The notes under the pieces: generated by a model | The model's input: the letters and a program-made list of their open reading frames with translations, nothing else | What the model was told of the DNA's origin: nothing | The model's database searches: none | Assembly: GCA_032718475.1 (NCBI GenBank) | Contig: JAUCBJ010006677.1 | Location: 1 to 64,000, forward strand | Direction of reading: 5' to 3' | Source of the DNA: Nemertoderma westbladi | Taxonomy: Eukaryota; Animalia; Xenacoelomorpha | DNA length: 64,000 bases | Position numbers and translations under genes: made by a program | Shown here: positions 63,001-64,000 of the stretch, one piece after another | How positions within the stretch are numbered: position 1 is the stretch's first letter | Layout of the letters: every line of letters begins with the position of its first letter

Positions 63001-64000
63001 CATTAATGCCTGTATAGACTGCGCCAAGGATACAGGTTTGTACTTTGCATTAGTGCCTGTATAGACTGCGTCAAGGATAGAGGTTTGTACTTTGCATTAG
63101 TGCCTGTATAGACTGCGCCAAGGATACAGGTTTGTACTTTGCATTAGTGCCTGTATAGACTGCGCCAAGGATACAGGTTTGTACTTTGCATTAGTGCATG
63201 TATAGACTGCGCCAAGGATACAGGTTTGTACTTTGCATTAGTGCCTGTATAGACTGCGCCAAGGATACAGGTTTGCACTTTGCATTAGTGCCTGTATAGA
63301 CTGCGTCAAGGATACAGATTTGTACTTTGCATTAGTGCCTGTATAGACTGCACCAAGGATATAGGTTTGTACTTTGCATTAGTGCCTGTATAGACTGCGC
63401 CACGGATACAGGTTTGTACTTTGCATTAGTGCCTGTTTAGACTGCGTCAAGGATAGAGGTTTGTACTTTGCATTAGTGCCTGTATAGACTGCGCCAAGGA
63501 TACAGGTTTGTACTTTGCATTAGTGCCTGTATAGACTGCGCCAAGGATACAGGTTTGTACTTTGCATTAGTGCCTGTATAGACTGCGTCAAGGATACAGG
63601 TTTGTACTTTGCAGTAGTGCCTGTATAGACTGCGTCAATGATACAGATTTGTACTTTGCATTAGTGCCTGTATAGACTGCACCAAGGATACAGGTTTGTA
63701 CTTTGCATTAGTGCCTGTATAGACTGCGCCAAGGATACAGGTTTGTACTTTGCAGTAGTGCCTGTATAGACTGCGTCAAGGATACAGATTTGTACTTTGC
63801 ATTAGTGCCTGTATAGACTGCGCCAAGGATACAGGTTTGTACTTTGCATTAGTGCCTGTATAGACTGCGCCAAGGATACAGGTTTGTACTTTGCATTAGT
63901 GCCTGTATAGACTGCGTCAAGGATACAGATTTGTACTTTGCATTAGTGCCTGTATAGACTGCACCAAGGATATAGGTTTGTACTTTGCATTAGTGCCTGT
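60088..64000. repeat. 47-bp satellite, block 2 (continues past the window edge)
   Basis: Same monomer, resuming in register after the TSD. Confidence 0.99.

Noticed and set aside
47231-64000. Hammerhead ribozyme in satellite monomers
   Set aside because: No CTGANGA/GAAA core was found on either strand of the 47-bp or 32-bp monomer.

Overview
This is AT-rich animal (invertebrate-like) genomic DNA dominated by satellites and transposons, with no prokaryotic, CRISPR or RNA-gene signal. One host gene is visible: two + strand exons (4681-4947 and 41687-41887) splice in phase 0 into a complete F-type lectin (fucolectin-like) domain across a 36.7-kb intron. That intron is filled by about 880 copies of a 32-bp satellite, a defective Gypsy element (with a nested RTE fragment) and an RTE LINE with an intact ORF. 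To the left lie a TTAA-flanked Kolobok-like deletion derivative inserted in an RTE 5' region, and a second, decayed RTE family. To the right lie a MITE, a perfect 15-bp array, a truncated RTE, and a 47-bp satellite interrupted by an intact 11.2-kb BEL/Pao element. The most striking signal is that the BEL/Pao element has no tRNA primer-binding site. The 12 nt at its PBS position are instead perfectly complementary to a 12-mer inside its own LTR, the geometry of Tf1-type self-priming. The giant minus-strand ORFs over the satellite are artefacts.
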